Assembly: GCA_012295275.1 (NCBI GenBank)
Contig: CM022677.1
Location: forward strand, 17,484,001-17,548,000
Length of the DNA stretch: 64,000 nucleotides
From: Chrysomallon squamiferum
Lineage: Eukaryota > Animalia > Mollusca
Direction: 5' to 3'
The translations under genes and the position numbers were made by a program. Each line of letters opens with the position of its first letter. Positions within the stretch are counted from its first letter, which is position 1. Positions 11,355-26,232 of the stretch are shown here, in pieces. Under the pieces are notes generated by a model. It did not search any database, was not told where the DNA came from, and was given only the letters and a program-made list of their open reading frames with translations.

Positions 11355-14300
11355 TACTGCTACTGCTGCTGCTAAAAATAAAATATTACTTAATATATGT
11401 GGGATGGGTTGAATTTATTTTTAAGTAAATGTAACAAATTTTACAGTAGTTTATTGTTAGTATTCATGTTTTAAAACTATTTTTATCAATAAGTTCATAC
11501 AATTTCTATTCATATTTGTTTAATATGTTGTCTTGTTAGAAACTGCAGTTTGTTTGTATATGTAGATTTATGCAGTAAAATATTTTGCAATAATGATTTC
11601 ATTCATATAAATTCACACGATCACATGATCTCAAAATGTCTACCTGTAATTATGAGCAGATAACTGTGGAAAGAAAAAATGTTTAATGACTGAATTATCT
11701 TCCCATTGAATTATGACAGTTTCATTCATTTTCTGTACATAAAAGAAAACTGAAAAAAATGTCTGTAATCATCATATTTAATAATTGTATTCAGTTTTTT
11801 TTTAAATTATCTTGTATGTAAAAGAAAAATATGAATAAAATTATTTTTATTATAATTATTATTTTTTTAAAAATCATCTTTGGTTTAGTTTATTGATTCA
11901 GGAGTTCTATTATATTTTAAATTGTTTATTCATCGTTGGGTATAAAATAAATATTAAAACATTGCTGCGAATATGTATGTAGTTGACATAGAGCATTAAA
12001 TTCTCTGAAGATCGTGGTTCAATTCCTCTTAATGGCAGGCATATATATATATATAGATATAGATTGGTTGCACTTAACTAAAAATAATAAATTTATATAA
12101 ATATAATTTTATTCTGTATTTTTATTCTTGTTTTTATTTTAGTTCTATTTTTCATTTTATGAAAACCAAAATAAGGGGGAAAAAAAACCTGCTTAATTTT
12201 TAGCTTCCTAATTAGTTCTTTGTATTTAATTATTCATGTTTTTTTTATCGAATGAATTCATTGTACTTTGGTTTTTTAAATGAATTTCTTAAAAATAGTT
12301 AGAAATGAATTCTAGGGGCCAGAATCATCATTATTGTACCCGGTAACATTATTATTTTTATTTCTTGCATATTTTTAATAGCAATTATTCTGAACATTTA
12401 TAAATTTATATATTTAAAAAAAAACAATAATAATAATATTCCAGAAATAGTATTGTTTGTGTAGTATAATCATAGAAATTAATTTATTCACTGATACTGC
12501 AATCAGAAGTTGTTTGAGGTTTTTTAATAGATTGTCTGCAGACTATATAAAGTTGTTATACAATAAATTAAAAGGATTAGGAAAAATAAATTATGGACAG
12601 TTGGTTTTTAAGCTGTGAATTATTCATTTCTGTTTTAACCTTATCAATTAGGATATTTTAATTAGGCAGAATAGATCTTTGAAGCTTAGAAATTGTTAAC
12701 ACGAATATGAAATAATTTATTATATATATTTTTTTTTTTTTATTATTATTTTTTTTTTTTTTGTCACCCATTTGTTTTATTTTTTCTTGATTTGTTTTTA
12801 AATGTTATTCATTTGTAACAAGACAGTTGGTGAGAGGCAGACAGAATGAATAACAGGCCCAGAATGAGAATGGACTATATTTGTTACTTAAATAAAGAGT
12901 GATGTAAAAAAAAAAAAAAAAAAAGCAATATAACATTATTTTCTACTGCAATGGGCCATATCACCCCCAAGAATGTAATATTAATTTTTATTTTTTAAAA
13001 AGACATCAGTTATATTAACTTGTTTTTACATTTCATTTAAGTGTATTGTAAATTTTAAATACCCTTTGCCATATATTACGGAAGATATCACACTAGAAGC
13101 AAATAAATAATAATTTGTCAGATATCAATATTATTCCATACAGGTGGTAAAGCTAATTAATTACCATATTGAACTAATTTTTATTATTATTCCTATGGCA
13201 TTACAGAAAAGCAGGATTATGTAACCATGAATGTATTTTTCCTGCAGATAACTGAATGTGATATGATGATGTAGTGTTGAATTTACTAATTTAAATTCTC
13301 TTATATTTTGATTGGCTGTCTGATCATTAATATTCACTTACTTTGTACCAGCTCTCTCTCCCTCATGAATGTTCATGTTGTTTGTAAATAATTGAATTAT
13401 CTATTTAATACCAGTTATGTACATATATATTTTTTTGAAAATATGTTGTATGTATTTCTGTTACTAAATATTTTAATGTTTTTTTTACAACAGTATTTTT
13501 TTTGGGGGGTATGTTATTTATTTATTTATTGCTGTTGATTTTATTAATAAATTATTCCTGTTAATCAGATTTTTATTATGGAGGTGGTCTTATTAAAAGA
13601 TAACTGTTTATCTTTTAATGTATATTCAGTTTTAAGCTGGATGTGTTTTATAAAATTATTCATTACCAGTTCCTCGAAAAAAGTAATTCTCTGCGTTTTT
13701 ATTGTTGTTTTATTTTATATCTTATATCTGTATATTGATTACTAAATCAAACCGTTTGATTCTGGGATTTTTTTGGTTTTTTCTCCATTAGATCAAACCA
13801 CCATTTTGTATCTACCTAGAATAACACACGTTAAAACAAAAACTATTTTTTTCTATTTAACAAATCAACATTTTACTTTCAGTTGCATATATATATAAGT
13901 ATATAAATATATATTTGTTATTTTCAGTTGGCTAAATGTTAATACTGTTTTAATATTTTCGTGAAAGGAATTTCATAAATCGTCATTTTTCATGGGGTAA
14001 TATCACTTAATGTAAAGTTATTGACTGAATTATAAGGTGTTTTTTGGTTTTTTGTCTTTTAACAAATGTTTGAAAAAATGCAAAGAAAAAAGCAGCAGCA
14101 TTTAAAGGCGGGAATCAGCAAATACATAAATATTTAATCACATTCATTCATACCGTACTATAAAACAGTATACCCAGTGAACATCATACAACTGACAAAA
14201 TTACTTAGCACCATTTTCGTCTCCTTTTTGTGTGTTTTTTTTTTCACCCTTTATGTCTTAACAGTCTAATGAGATGGAGCTTTTATTTTTGGTTTGGTAT

Positions 14301-14597
14301 TTATTTTTCATAATACGTGAACTTAATACAAATTTTCAAGAATGGTTTTATTTTTGAATTAATTAATTAGTCAGTTGTATTTAACAGTTGTTTTTTTAAA
14401 ATTATTCATGATGTACATTTTGATGACTTCATGGTTCTTTTTTACCCTTTGAAATATCCTATCATGTATTTCCAGGTGTTCCAATTATTATTATACTTGT
14501 ATATAATTATGTATTTGTAAAAGAAATAAAGATTTGTTAATGAATGGTAATAAAAAATTTTTAAATAATCCATTTGTTGTTATTGTTATTATTATTA

Positions 14598-14631
<34 letters not shown>

Positions 14632-14869
14632 TTTAATACATATATAATTAGGAATTTGTAACAGAAATAATGATTTGTTAATAATGGTAATAATTCTAAA
14701 TAATCCATTTATTTGGTTCTGTTTTCTGTTTATGCCACTTTTGTTGATCTGGCTTGTCAAATACCATGGTATGTGATGAAACACATTATCATGAATATTT
14801 GTCTTTTAATTGAAAGAAAATCATAATAGGAATTGAAGGAACCATTGGAAAAGATACTTGTTTAGTTAT

Positions 14870-14901
<32 letters not shown>

Positions 14902-14911
14902 CTTTCAATTA

Positions 14912-14959
14912 AATACTAAAGAGTATATATATATATATATATATATACTCTTTAGTATT
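14912..14959. repeat. Perfect 48-bp palindrome aatactaaagag-(TA)12-ctctttagtatt
   Basis: The arms are exact reverse complements around a self-complementary (TA)12. Confidence 0.93.
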
Positions 14960-16220
14960 GGGAGTTTTGGGGGTCTCACACTCAAGTTTATTTATTAAAT
15001 CCTACATGTCAATTTTTAGAGCTTGGCAAAAACCATTCATATAAAGGCTCATGAAATGACTTTCAATAATCTTGCTATCTGAGTTTCATGACTTTAGGAC
15101 CAATGAGGATGTTGAGCTGGAAGATAAACTTGAATAACACATAAGAAGTTTTGAATTGAGGAGACCAAGTTCTGAAGATGACTGCTGCATTAATAAAAAC
15201 AACCATTTTTCTTTTGCATGTTATCTTGACAGCTCTGTTTATTTTCAGAAGACACCACATCTCTTTGCAGGTGTAAATGGTTTACATTGTTAGAAGATTT
15301 TTGAAATTTGCTATTGGCAAGTTTAGCCACAGAGAGCTCAGTCAACAATTCTGAGATCGAATTATTTTGTATTAGACTTTGTAGTATCAAAATATAGAGG
15401 TTGGTACATTCAAGTGTTGGACTGTTCTGAATCTTACACAGACTGACTTATTGTAAAGAGTACCAAGAGATTTTCCAAAGGCCACAATCCTTAGAAATGT
15501 TTAGAGTGAATATCATGAGTCCAAGGAATTACTTTTATCCCCACAGCAAAGCCTACCTGAGACAGATTTCTGTTTATAGACAATGCTGGAAGTAGCAAGA
15601 AGCTACGAAAGTATGTGCCCTTTCTTGTTAAGGGATGTTATGTTTAGTATTAAGAGCCCTGTATTAATGTAACTGTATGGAAATATGCTTACAAAATCTG
15701 AAAGTAACCTCTCAATGCTAGAAGTAGATAGATAACTAATACTTGTAAATATTCTAAATTTCCAAATTGAACAAATCCTGCCTGTTATGTGACTGTTAAT
15801 TGTGCCCTTAAGAATACAGGCTAGAATGGTCTGAGAACTCTGATCAGCTTGAGGTTTAGAGATGTAGTGTGCATCACCCATTGACATGTGAACTTGCTCT
15901 GACACTCTTAGCAGTGGATAAATAACAACAGGACCAAGGGCTTATTTCAGAAACAGCAGTGTATCTTAGAAGAAGGAAAACTCAGAAATCAAAATCCCAT
16001 GGCTTCCCAGTTAGGATCTTCATCCAAAAGCAATGGCTGAGTTAATTCTACAGAGAACCTGACAGGGCTGAGCCACTGGTTCTTTTAATAACAAAATTTT
16101 TAAAAAATTAAAAATAAATTAACAGAAAGAATTTGCCCAGGCAACACCAGACTCCTTTTCTGAGCCGAGTCCAAACTACAGGCAAAGTGGAAAAGTCAGC
16201 TCATTTCATTTTTACTGACT
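14960..16220. mobile_element. Higher-complexity, higher-GC island, probably a decayed transposable element (possibly a DIRS-type recombinase relic)
   Basis: Abrupt composition change, all frames interrupted. Only weak motif-like fragments (IRSFELRRP; LIKTTIFLL) on the + strand. Confidence 0.3.
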
Positions 16221-17439
16221 GAATATGAGAGTAAATTGTTAAAGTAAAAAAACCTAAAGAAAACTGATAAATTACACAAAAGATTCTGTTTTAACTTGAT
16301 ATACTGTGAGAAGTAGAAATAAAATAAAATTTTGACACAACAAAATGTTCTGGACTCAGAAGCCAGGCAATGCATTTAAATGTAGAAAACAAGTTAAAAG
16401 ACTCAGTTTTAGTCTGCTATTTGACAGACGTAGAAACAAAATTCCAATTCATAGGAAAGGTTTTTTAACGTAGGTTTATTCATTTTAACATAAGTTTAAA
16501 AGCATTACATTATATATATTCATCAACCCAAACATATAAAAATACAGAAAAATGTATCAAAAATACCATTGCCCAACACACATATGAATTATATAATTAT
16601 ACATTACTAATGAATTCAAGCAAAGGAATTATAAAAGATAAACTTTTGAATTTATAATAATCTGTGTATGTATGTATATATATATAAAGAAAATAATAAA
16701 AAGGCATACTGATAAAGAACATATATAATAACTGTTCAAATTAATTTGCAATTCTGTGAAAAAAAAAAAAAAAAAACAACAACAACAACAACCTTAATAC
16801 CTTTTGATAGATCACAGGAAAAATTCTTGTAAGTAAACTCACTAACCTATCTTTCCCTTCCAAGCTTGCTATGCATCATCAAAGATTATGGGTACATCTA
16901 AACAAGTAATCTTATCACAAACAGGATATTTATCAAGAAAATGTGGATGCAACTACAATGGAAACTAATAAAAAAAAAAAATCTCACTTGTATTAATGGA
17001 TTTTTAAATATGTTTTTGTTTCTTTGTTCTTTGAGACAATAAACAGTGGTAGTTTAAGAAACCATATTTTAGGAAGACGAAAACAATAAAATTAAATATA
17101 AAATAAATCATTATCTTCTCTAAAGTTATAAATATAACAATAAGTAATTATCTGTCATTTACTGTTATTAATGAAAGTAAATAAATTTACAGAAGAACAA
17201 GAAACAAGTGATGTTATGAAAAAAAAAAAAAAAAAAAAATTTGAGAAAGAACTGGTAATTATTAATGGAAAATGAAACATTCATGTAACTTGATCAGTTA
17301 ACACACTTGTGAAATTAATGTTGACAGTGATAGTGAAACAAATTTCAAAAAACATTCATGTTATCCAAAATCAATAAATACTAAGTTATTCCAGTAAGTA
17401 ATTCTAACAGCAGTTTTTAAACTAATGTTCACAAACATG

Positions 17440-17519
<80 letters not shown>

Positions 17520-17527
<8 letters not shown>

Positions 17528-18444
17528 CTCTTCATAAATTAAAAATAATTTTACAATTTTCATATCTTTATTTATATATTAGAAATAAAACATAGAATAT
17601 TTTACAGATTGTGAACAATGTAAATGCAATAAAATGTAATTATAAAAAAGCAAATAAAAAGGAAAATGAAATTATAATATATATGAGAAAAGAAGAAAAG
17701 GTAAACCAGTTTGTACTTCTGAAAACTCACTATTATCACACAGTTATTGTCAGTTTTAGAAAGACAAGCTTAAATGTAAGTGAACCAAATATTAAAGGCT
17801 GATTTTGTACTGAAGTTCAAAATTAAATAAACTGAACCAATGGAACTTCCTTTTTAAAATGAATTTCATCCAGTTCTTATCACATATTTACATTCATTGA
17901 TCTACAAACATAACAATAAAATATATCTTAATATTTTTTACAGATTTTATCAAACTGGGAAATTGCAGCCAAGGTTGACAGTAGTTTAAAATGTAACTAA
18001 GAAATACGGGTGAAATCAAGTTTACAGAATTCTCGAGAACAATTTAACATTCTCACATTGCTCAACTGGATTAAAAAAATAAGACAACTTATCCTATGCT
18101 CTTTATAAATTTATTTTACAGCCATAAAAACATTAACACCACTGTACTATACAGATGAAATAATACATTGTGGGCTTTTCTTATGTAATAATTTCAACAC
18201 AATACAATCTTTTCTGTATTTCTTATGACATAACAACCATTTGTAACACAGTAGATATCAGAAAGAATATCAAATTATACATCCTAGTAAGACATACAGG
18301 GCTGAAATATTTTTGTTAAGTGTTCTGAGATTTTATAACAATAAAGACTGTGAAAAATGAAAAATAAAATATTTCTTAATATTTTACAGCCATAAAAATA
18401 ACATTAACACTACTTGTACTATATAGATGAAATAATACATTTTG

Positions 18445-18479
<35 letters not shown>

Positions 18480-21271
18480 TATCTAATACAAACCAAATTA
18501 AAATTACAAATCATAATACTCTCTACAAGACTGGAATATCTATTTTATATATCAGTGACAATGACAAAGATCCTGCAAATATTCCTATAATATAGCAATG
18601 TTCTTCATTTATTAAAAAAAAAAAACAGAAACCAGAACAAATAAACAAATAAATAATGAGTGTTGTTTTGGGGCTTTTTGTTTTGTTTTTTTATCTATTT
18701 CTTTTTATTATTTTTTTTAAAAATATATCCAGAAATGGTGTTGAAATATTTTACAAATAATCAATATCATTACCTGTATCAGAGCAGTATATTTTTGTAT
18801 TGATTTATATCACTGTGTTATAGATGAACTAATACATATTTGTTTTTTTATATTAATAAATTCAACACCATAAAGTTTTCTTTATCTTATGCTCTTTAAA
18901 AATTTCTACCTCATTTTACAGTTCTTAAATCTTTCTTTTTTACATTATATGAAGATCAGGGTATTTTTGTCTTACGAATTATACTGTACTTATTAGAAAC
19001 AAAATTGTTAATATTTTACAGCCATAAAAAACACCACTGTACCATATAGATGAAATAATAAATTTTTGGAGGGTGGGGTTTATGTAATAATTTCAAAATA
19101 AGAAAATATAACTTATCTTATACTCTTCATAAATTCAAAATATTTATATTATTAGAAATAAAACATAATAGTTTATATATTTTAAACGACAAAATGTAAT
19201 TGAAAAGTTAGAAAGAAAAAATGCTGTGAGCTCAGAAAAGATTCAAACAGAAATAAAAACTGGGTAAAACAAAACATAAAATATTTATTAATATTTTACA
19301 GATTTTACAAAACTGTGAAATCCAGCTGAAGGAATTCTTGAGAACAGTTTAACATTGTCATTTTCATCAACTGGATTAAAACAAATCAAACAGTTTATCT
19401 TAAGAAAATTAACATATAATTTATCAAATATTAAAAGTTTTCAAACACTTCCTTGCTCTATATGAAAGCACTGAATTGTAATAACTATTTAAAACAAACA
19501 AAAGAGATAAACAAAACTAATATTAAACCTTTTACAATTTCTTCAAAGATTATTACAGATTTTGTTGAATGGTATCAAGACAATGAAATTTATTTCAACA
19601 ACATTTTTCAATGATCAAGTAATAATAAAAAAGTCAAATAAAATTTAAAAAAAAGGAAAATGAACTTGCATGAAATTATCATATTATAAAATGTTTAAAA
19701 AATTTAAAAAATTAAATTATACTTCTGAAATACTGGCCAAGTTATTGTCACTTTTTAGAAAGACAAGCTTAAATGTAAGTGATTTTTGTATAGAATTTCA
19801 AAATTAAATAAACTGAACCAATGGAGTTTATAGTGAAATATATATTCAAAGCTTTTCTTTCTAAAACGAATTTCATCCAGTTCTTATCACATATTTACAT
19901 TCATTAATCTACAAACATAACATAAAACATATCTTAATATTTTTTACAAATTTTATGAAACCGGGAAATTGCAGCCAAGGTTGACAGTAGTTTAAATGTA
20001 ACTAAGAAATACAGGCAAAATCCAGTTTAAGGATTTCTTGAGAACAATTTAACATTCTCACATTCTGTGTTATACAAATAAATTTATTAATCTACATGAG
20101 ATTTTACAGAAATAAAGACAGGAAAAAACAAAACACATGGTATTTGTCAATATTTTACAGCAATTACAAAAAAAGGTGATATACTAAAAAACAACTTCTT
20201 GAAAACAATTTAATATTCTCACGTTGATCAACTGGAGAATGCGTCTAGTGTCATTTATGTAATTTATTTACATCATTCTGTCTATCCTGAACCATTACAA
20301 CTACTACATGTCTCAAAATGTGAGCAATGTTGCTGAAATACTCATTGAGTCATTCTGTCTATGATTACCCGAAACATTACAATGACTACATGTCTGAAAT
20401 GTGAGCAATGGTGCTGAAATACTCATCGAGTCATTCTGTCTATGATTACCTGAAACATTACAATGACTACATGTCTGAAATGTGAGCAATGTTGCTGAAA
20501 TACTCATTGAGTCATTCTGTCTATGATTACCTGAAACATTACAATGACTACATGTCTGAAATGTGAGCAGTAATGCTGAAATACTCATTGAGTCATTCTG
20601 TCACTTTTTAGACACACGAAGTTTAAATATAAGTGAAACAAATATTAACTGAGTCTTGAATGGACTAATAAATAAACTGAACAAATCAAACTTGTAGGTA
20701 AAATATATCTTTCTTTTTCTACATACATTTCATACCCATCTCATTATCCAAATAAATTTATTAATCTACACTGATAAATCTGAAGGAAAATATGTATAAT
20801 CTTATTTTTAATGTATTCACAGTTAATTCTGAATAATAATTTAAAATTCTTGTGCTGATCAACTGAAGATATATATAAATATATAAATAAGTTATCTAAT
20901 ACAAACCAAATTAAAATTATACATAATAATAGTCTCTAGAAGACTGGAATATCTAATTTATATCAGTGGGTGATCAATGACAGTCATGCTGACAATAACA
21001 GGCTATAAGATAGCAATGTTCTTTCATTATTGTAAAAAAAAAAAAAAAAAGAAGAAGAAGAAGAAAAGAACAAATAAATAAATAAATAATGAGTGTTGTT
21101 TTGGGGCTTTTTGTTTTGTTCTGTATCCCTTTTTTTTTTTTTTTTTTTTAAATATATCCAGAAATAGGTACTGAAATATTTTACAAATAATCAGTATCAT
21201 TACCAGTATCAGTACATTTTTTGTATTGATTTATAGCACAGATTGTTACAGATGTAATAATACTTACTTTT

Positions 21272-21308
<37 letters not shown>

Positions 21309-24300
21309 AAATATAATAAATTAAACACAGTAAAGTTTACTTTATCTCATACTTTATAAATTTAAAATTATTTTACAATGTTCAAAACTTTTTTCTTTCA
21401 ATTATATGACGATCATAGTATTTTTATCTGACGAACTATAATGTATAAAACTTAATTTTGCATATTTTAAATGATGTAAACTCAGTGAAATGTAATTGAA
21501 AACTTAGAGAGAAAAAAATGCTCAGGAGTGTGATATGTCTGAAGCAGAAATAAAAACTGGGTAAAACAAAATAGTTGTTAATGTTTACAGCATTTACAAA
21601 CAAAATCTGAATGGATGGCAATTGAAAGAAATTCTTCTGAACAGTTTAACATTGTCACATTGCTCAACTGGATTAAAAAATAAAACTATTTATTTTAAAT
21701 CAGTGAAATGTAATTGAAAACTTAGAAAAAAAATTCTGTGTGCAGTGACATGATTGAAGCAGAAATAAAAACTGGGTAAAAGAAAACGTAAAATATTTTA
21801 CAGCTTTTACAAAACTGTGAAATCCAGCTGAAGGAATTCTTGAGAACAGTTTAACATTGTCTTTTTCATCAACTGGATTAAAACAAATCAAACAGTTTAT
21901 CTTTACAAAATTAACATTTAATTTATCAAATATTAAAAATTTTCAAACACTTCCTTGCTCTATATGAAAGCACTGAATTGTAATAACTATTTAAAAGAAA
22001 CAAAAGAGTAAACAGAACTAATATTAAACCTTTTACAATTTCTTCAAAGATTATTACAGATTTTGTTGAATGGTATCAAGACAATAAAATTTATTTCAAC
22101 AACATTTTTCAATGACCAAGTAATAATAAAAATGTCAAATAAAATAAAAAGGAAAATGAACTTGCATAAAATTATAATATTAAAATGAGGAAAGCATAAA
22201 ATAGTTGTGAAGTTCTTGTCACATTTTAGAAAGACAAGCTTAAATGTAAGTGATTTTGTACAGAATTTCAAAATTAAATAAATTGAACCAATGGAATTTA
22301 TAATGAAATACATGTTCATAATGTTTGGGGGTTTTTTAAATTTCATCCAGTTCTTATCACATATTTACATTCATTAATCTACAAACATAACATAAAACAT
22401 ATCTTAATATTTTTTTTACAGATTTTACCAAACTAGGAAATTGAAATTGCAGCCAAGTTTGACAGTAGTTTAAATCATAAATGTAATTGAAAAATACAGG
22501 CGAAATCTCGGTTTAATGAATTCTTAAGAACAATTTAACATTCTCACATTCTGTGTTATACAAATAAATTTATTAATCTACAGTGAGATTTTACAGAAGT
22601 AAAGACAGGGAACAAGAGATGTTTGTTAATATTTTACAGTTTAACATTGTCACATTGCTCAACTGGATTAAGAAAATAAAACTATTCATCTTATACTCTT
22701 TTATAATTTTGTGATATTATTTTACAGCCATAAAAACATTAACACCTCTGTACAGATGAAATAATACATTGTGGGCTTTTTTTTATGTAATAATTTCGAC
22801 ACAATAAAATTATATAATAACTTATATTCTTCATAAATTTAAAATAATTTTACAATTTTCAAATATTTATTTTTATATTAGAAATAAAACATAATATTTA
22901 ACAGATTTTAAATGATGTACACTCAATGAAAAGTAATTAAAAACTTGGAGAAAAAAATGCTGAGTGCTGCAGTAAGACTGAAACAGAAAAACTGGGTAAA
23001 ACATAAAATATTTAAAATATTTGTTAATTTTTACAGCATTTTCAGAACTGTGGAATTCAGTTGAAGGAATTCTTGAGGACAGTTTAACACTGTCACATTG
23101 CTCAACTGGATTAAAAAATATAAAACAACTTATATATACTGTTTAGAAATTTGAGTATATAATTTTCAAATCGTTTCTCTATTTCTTTTGACATCAGAAG
23201 AATATCTGTAACACAGTACATATCAGAAAGAAAATCAAATTATACATCCTAGTAAGATATACAAGGCTAAAATATTTTTGTTAAATGTTCTGAGATTTTT
23301 ACAACAATGAACACTGTAAAAAATAAAACATAAAATATTTCTTAATATTTTACAGCCATAAAAAACCCCATTAACACAACGGTACTAGATAGATGAAATA
23401 AAACATTTTTTTTTTTTATATAATAATTTCAACAGAAGAAAATTTAACTTATCTTGTAGTCTTGATAAATTTAAAATAATTTTACAATTTTCAAATCTTT
23501 ATTTATTTATATATTACAAATAAAACATAATATTTAACAAATTTTAAATGATGTACACTCAATGAAAAGTAATTAAAAACTTGGAGAAAAAAATGCTGAG
23601 TGCTGCAGTAAGACTGAAACAGAAACAAAAACTGGGTAAAACATAAAATATTTAAAATATTTGTTAATTTTTACAGCATTTTCAGAACTGTGAAATTCAG
23701 TTGAAGGAATTCTTGAGGACAGTTTAACACTGTCACATTGCTCAACCGGATTAAAAAATATAAAACAACTTATCTATACTCTTTAGAAATTTTGACATAA
23801 TTTTCAAATCATTTCTCTATTTCTTTTGACATCAGAAGAATATCTGTAACACAGTACATATCAGAAAGAAAATCAAATGATACAACTGGATTAAAAAATA
23901 AAACTATTTACCTTACCTCAATGAAATGTAATTCAAAACATAGAAAAAAATTCTGTTCGCAGGAACATGATTGAAGCAGAAATAAAAACTGGGTAAAACA
24001 AAACATAAAATATTTAATATTTTACAGCATTTCCAGAACTGTGGATTCAATTGAAGGAATTCTTGAGAACAGTTTAACATTGTGACGTTCAACTGGATTA
24101 ATTTCAACCTATACATAAATGAAGAATTGAGTATTTCTCTCTTGGCAATAATTTATATTATGTATGTCCAAGGATCTACAGGGCTGAACCTAAAAAACTG
24201 AACTTGAAAAAGTAAATAAAGAAAAAGAACATATATTAAAAACAGAAGAAATAATACATAAAATAATTTTAACAGACAATAAAATAAAGTTTTGCTTATC

Positions 24301-25500
24301 TGAGAGAACAATTTCTTTAAATTCTTTCCCAATACAGTTTAAAACCAATTGAACTGTAGAACTCAGACAAGACTGAAAGAGAATTAAAGACTGGGTAAAA
24401 CGTAACATAAAATATATTTTAATATTAATTTTACAGATATAATCAATGCAGAAATTGCAGCTAAGACTGACAGAAGTTGAAATGCAATTAAAAATTTAGT
24501 AAAAAACATGCTGACACCTGGGAAAAGATTAAAACAGAAATTAAAAACTGAGTATAACAAAATTTAAAATGTTTCTTAATATTTTAAGAAATATTAGAAA
24601 AAGGGTGCAATTCTGTGGAACAATTTAAAATTCTTGTGCTGATCAGCTGGAGTATGTGTCTTTACAACTATCATTTATATACTCATACACACCATTTTGT
24701 CAACTCAATACCTGAAGTATCATAATTGCAATACGAAAATGCAGAAACAGAAATAAAGACTGGACAAAGCAAAACTTTATGGAAAGGCAAGATTAAATGT
24801 AAGTAGAACAAATATTAAATGGCAAGTTTTGTATGGAATTTTAAAATTAAATAAACCGAACCAGTGAAACAGTATGAAATCCAGCTGAAGAAATTCTTCA
24901 GATAAAAAAATAACATTCTCATGTTGGATTAAAACAAATCAAACAATTTATCTTAAGAAAAGTGAAAAGTATTTATAAAATATTTTATGTTTTTCAAACA
25001 CTTCCTGCATGTTTATATAATGACCACTGTATTTTATTAACGGTTCTGCATTTGGTACTTAATCAGAAACAAACGAATTACAGTAAACTTTTTGGAATGT
25101 CAGTTTCTTTAAATATTTACATAATTTTGTGAAATTGTATTAATAAAATATGAAATGAAATAAAAAGGAAAATGAACTTAGAAGAAATTGTAATATCATA
25201 ATTTAGAACAAATTAGCATGTTGATCAAATGGATTAAAAATAATAAAACATTTTATCATTTACTGCTAAGAAAATTAGCATCTATTTACCAAATATTTTA
25301 CATTTAAAAAAATGTCTAAAGAGTAGGCCTATAAGATGTACATGCAGGAATATTTTTCAAACTATTTCTGGACATACATGAAAAATCACAGAATATGTCT
25401 TGACAATAACTATTTGTGACATCAGTGTGTATCAGAAATAAAACCAAATTATACATCCCTAGAAAGATATACAGGCCTAACATGTAAAATATTTTTGTTC
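17520..25500. repeat. About 8-kb mosaic array of nested local duplications between the ADAM10 and LACTB 3' ends
   Basis: Blocks recur: about 17740-18070, 19740-20070 and 22210-22560; 18480-19000 and 20890-21450; 19270-19680 and 21790-22180; 22830-23230 and 23460-23880. The core motif gaaggaattcttgagaacagtttaacattgtcacattgctcaactggatt recurs many times. Confidence 0.9.
20273..20600. repeat. 81-bp tandem repeat, about 4 copies
   Basis: Unit tcattctgtctatgattacctgaaacattacaatgactacatgtctgaaatgtgagcaatgttgctgaaatactcattgag. It explains the 27-aa periodic ORF. Confidence 0.93.
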
Positions 25501-26232
25501 AAATGCATTTGTCTTTTTCAAACTGGTTAATACAACATCTCATTGAGATTTTTATGTTTAAAATATTTGTAATATTTAAAATATAAAATATTTTAATATG
25601 TAACACAGGTCTGAAAAGTCTTTTCTAAAGATTTCAAAACTGTTATCATTAACATGATTAAGAAACTAAAGACAAGTATTATATATGTATGGAGTAAAAA
25701 TAAAACAGTGCATTATATAAAAATAATAATGTTACAGTACAGAATAATCTAATAAAATACTTTAATTATCAAAGTGGCTGTATGAAGAGGCTATATTCAT
25801 AAAGCCTGCTTTATAACAATATGTACCCATAAAAAATCTAAGACTGCATTATAAGACCGAGGTTTTTGATATTTCTATAATCTGTTAGCTAAAACATTTG
25901 ATAAATTGTTAAAGTGGAAGCTGAAAGACATTCTCACAAAGATTGTTATAAACGAATCAGTATAATGCATATCATTCATTTCTTTTTATAAAGTTTAGAA
26001 CCATCTATTAACAATTTTCAGAGAAGCTATATGAAGAGAACTTGTATTTACAATTAAAAAAAAAAAAACTCAAATTTCTTTATAGTTCAGAAGCACTGAT
26101 TAAAATGGCTGTTTTAAAACAATATCTCATCATAAAAATATTCTTTTTATAATCTAGTAATGCATAAATGAATTACTTTATGGGACTGATTATAACAACA
26201 ACTGAATGAAAAAATGAAACAACTATTTCTTT

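Noticed and set aside
11965-12035. tRNA-like segment with B-box-like GGTTCAATTCC
   Set aside because: No convincing cloverleaf or acceptor stem; at most a decayed tRNA-derived SINE head.
20313-20588. ORF with repeated CSHC motif
   Set aside because: Product of the 81-bp tandem repeat; no exon signals.
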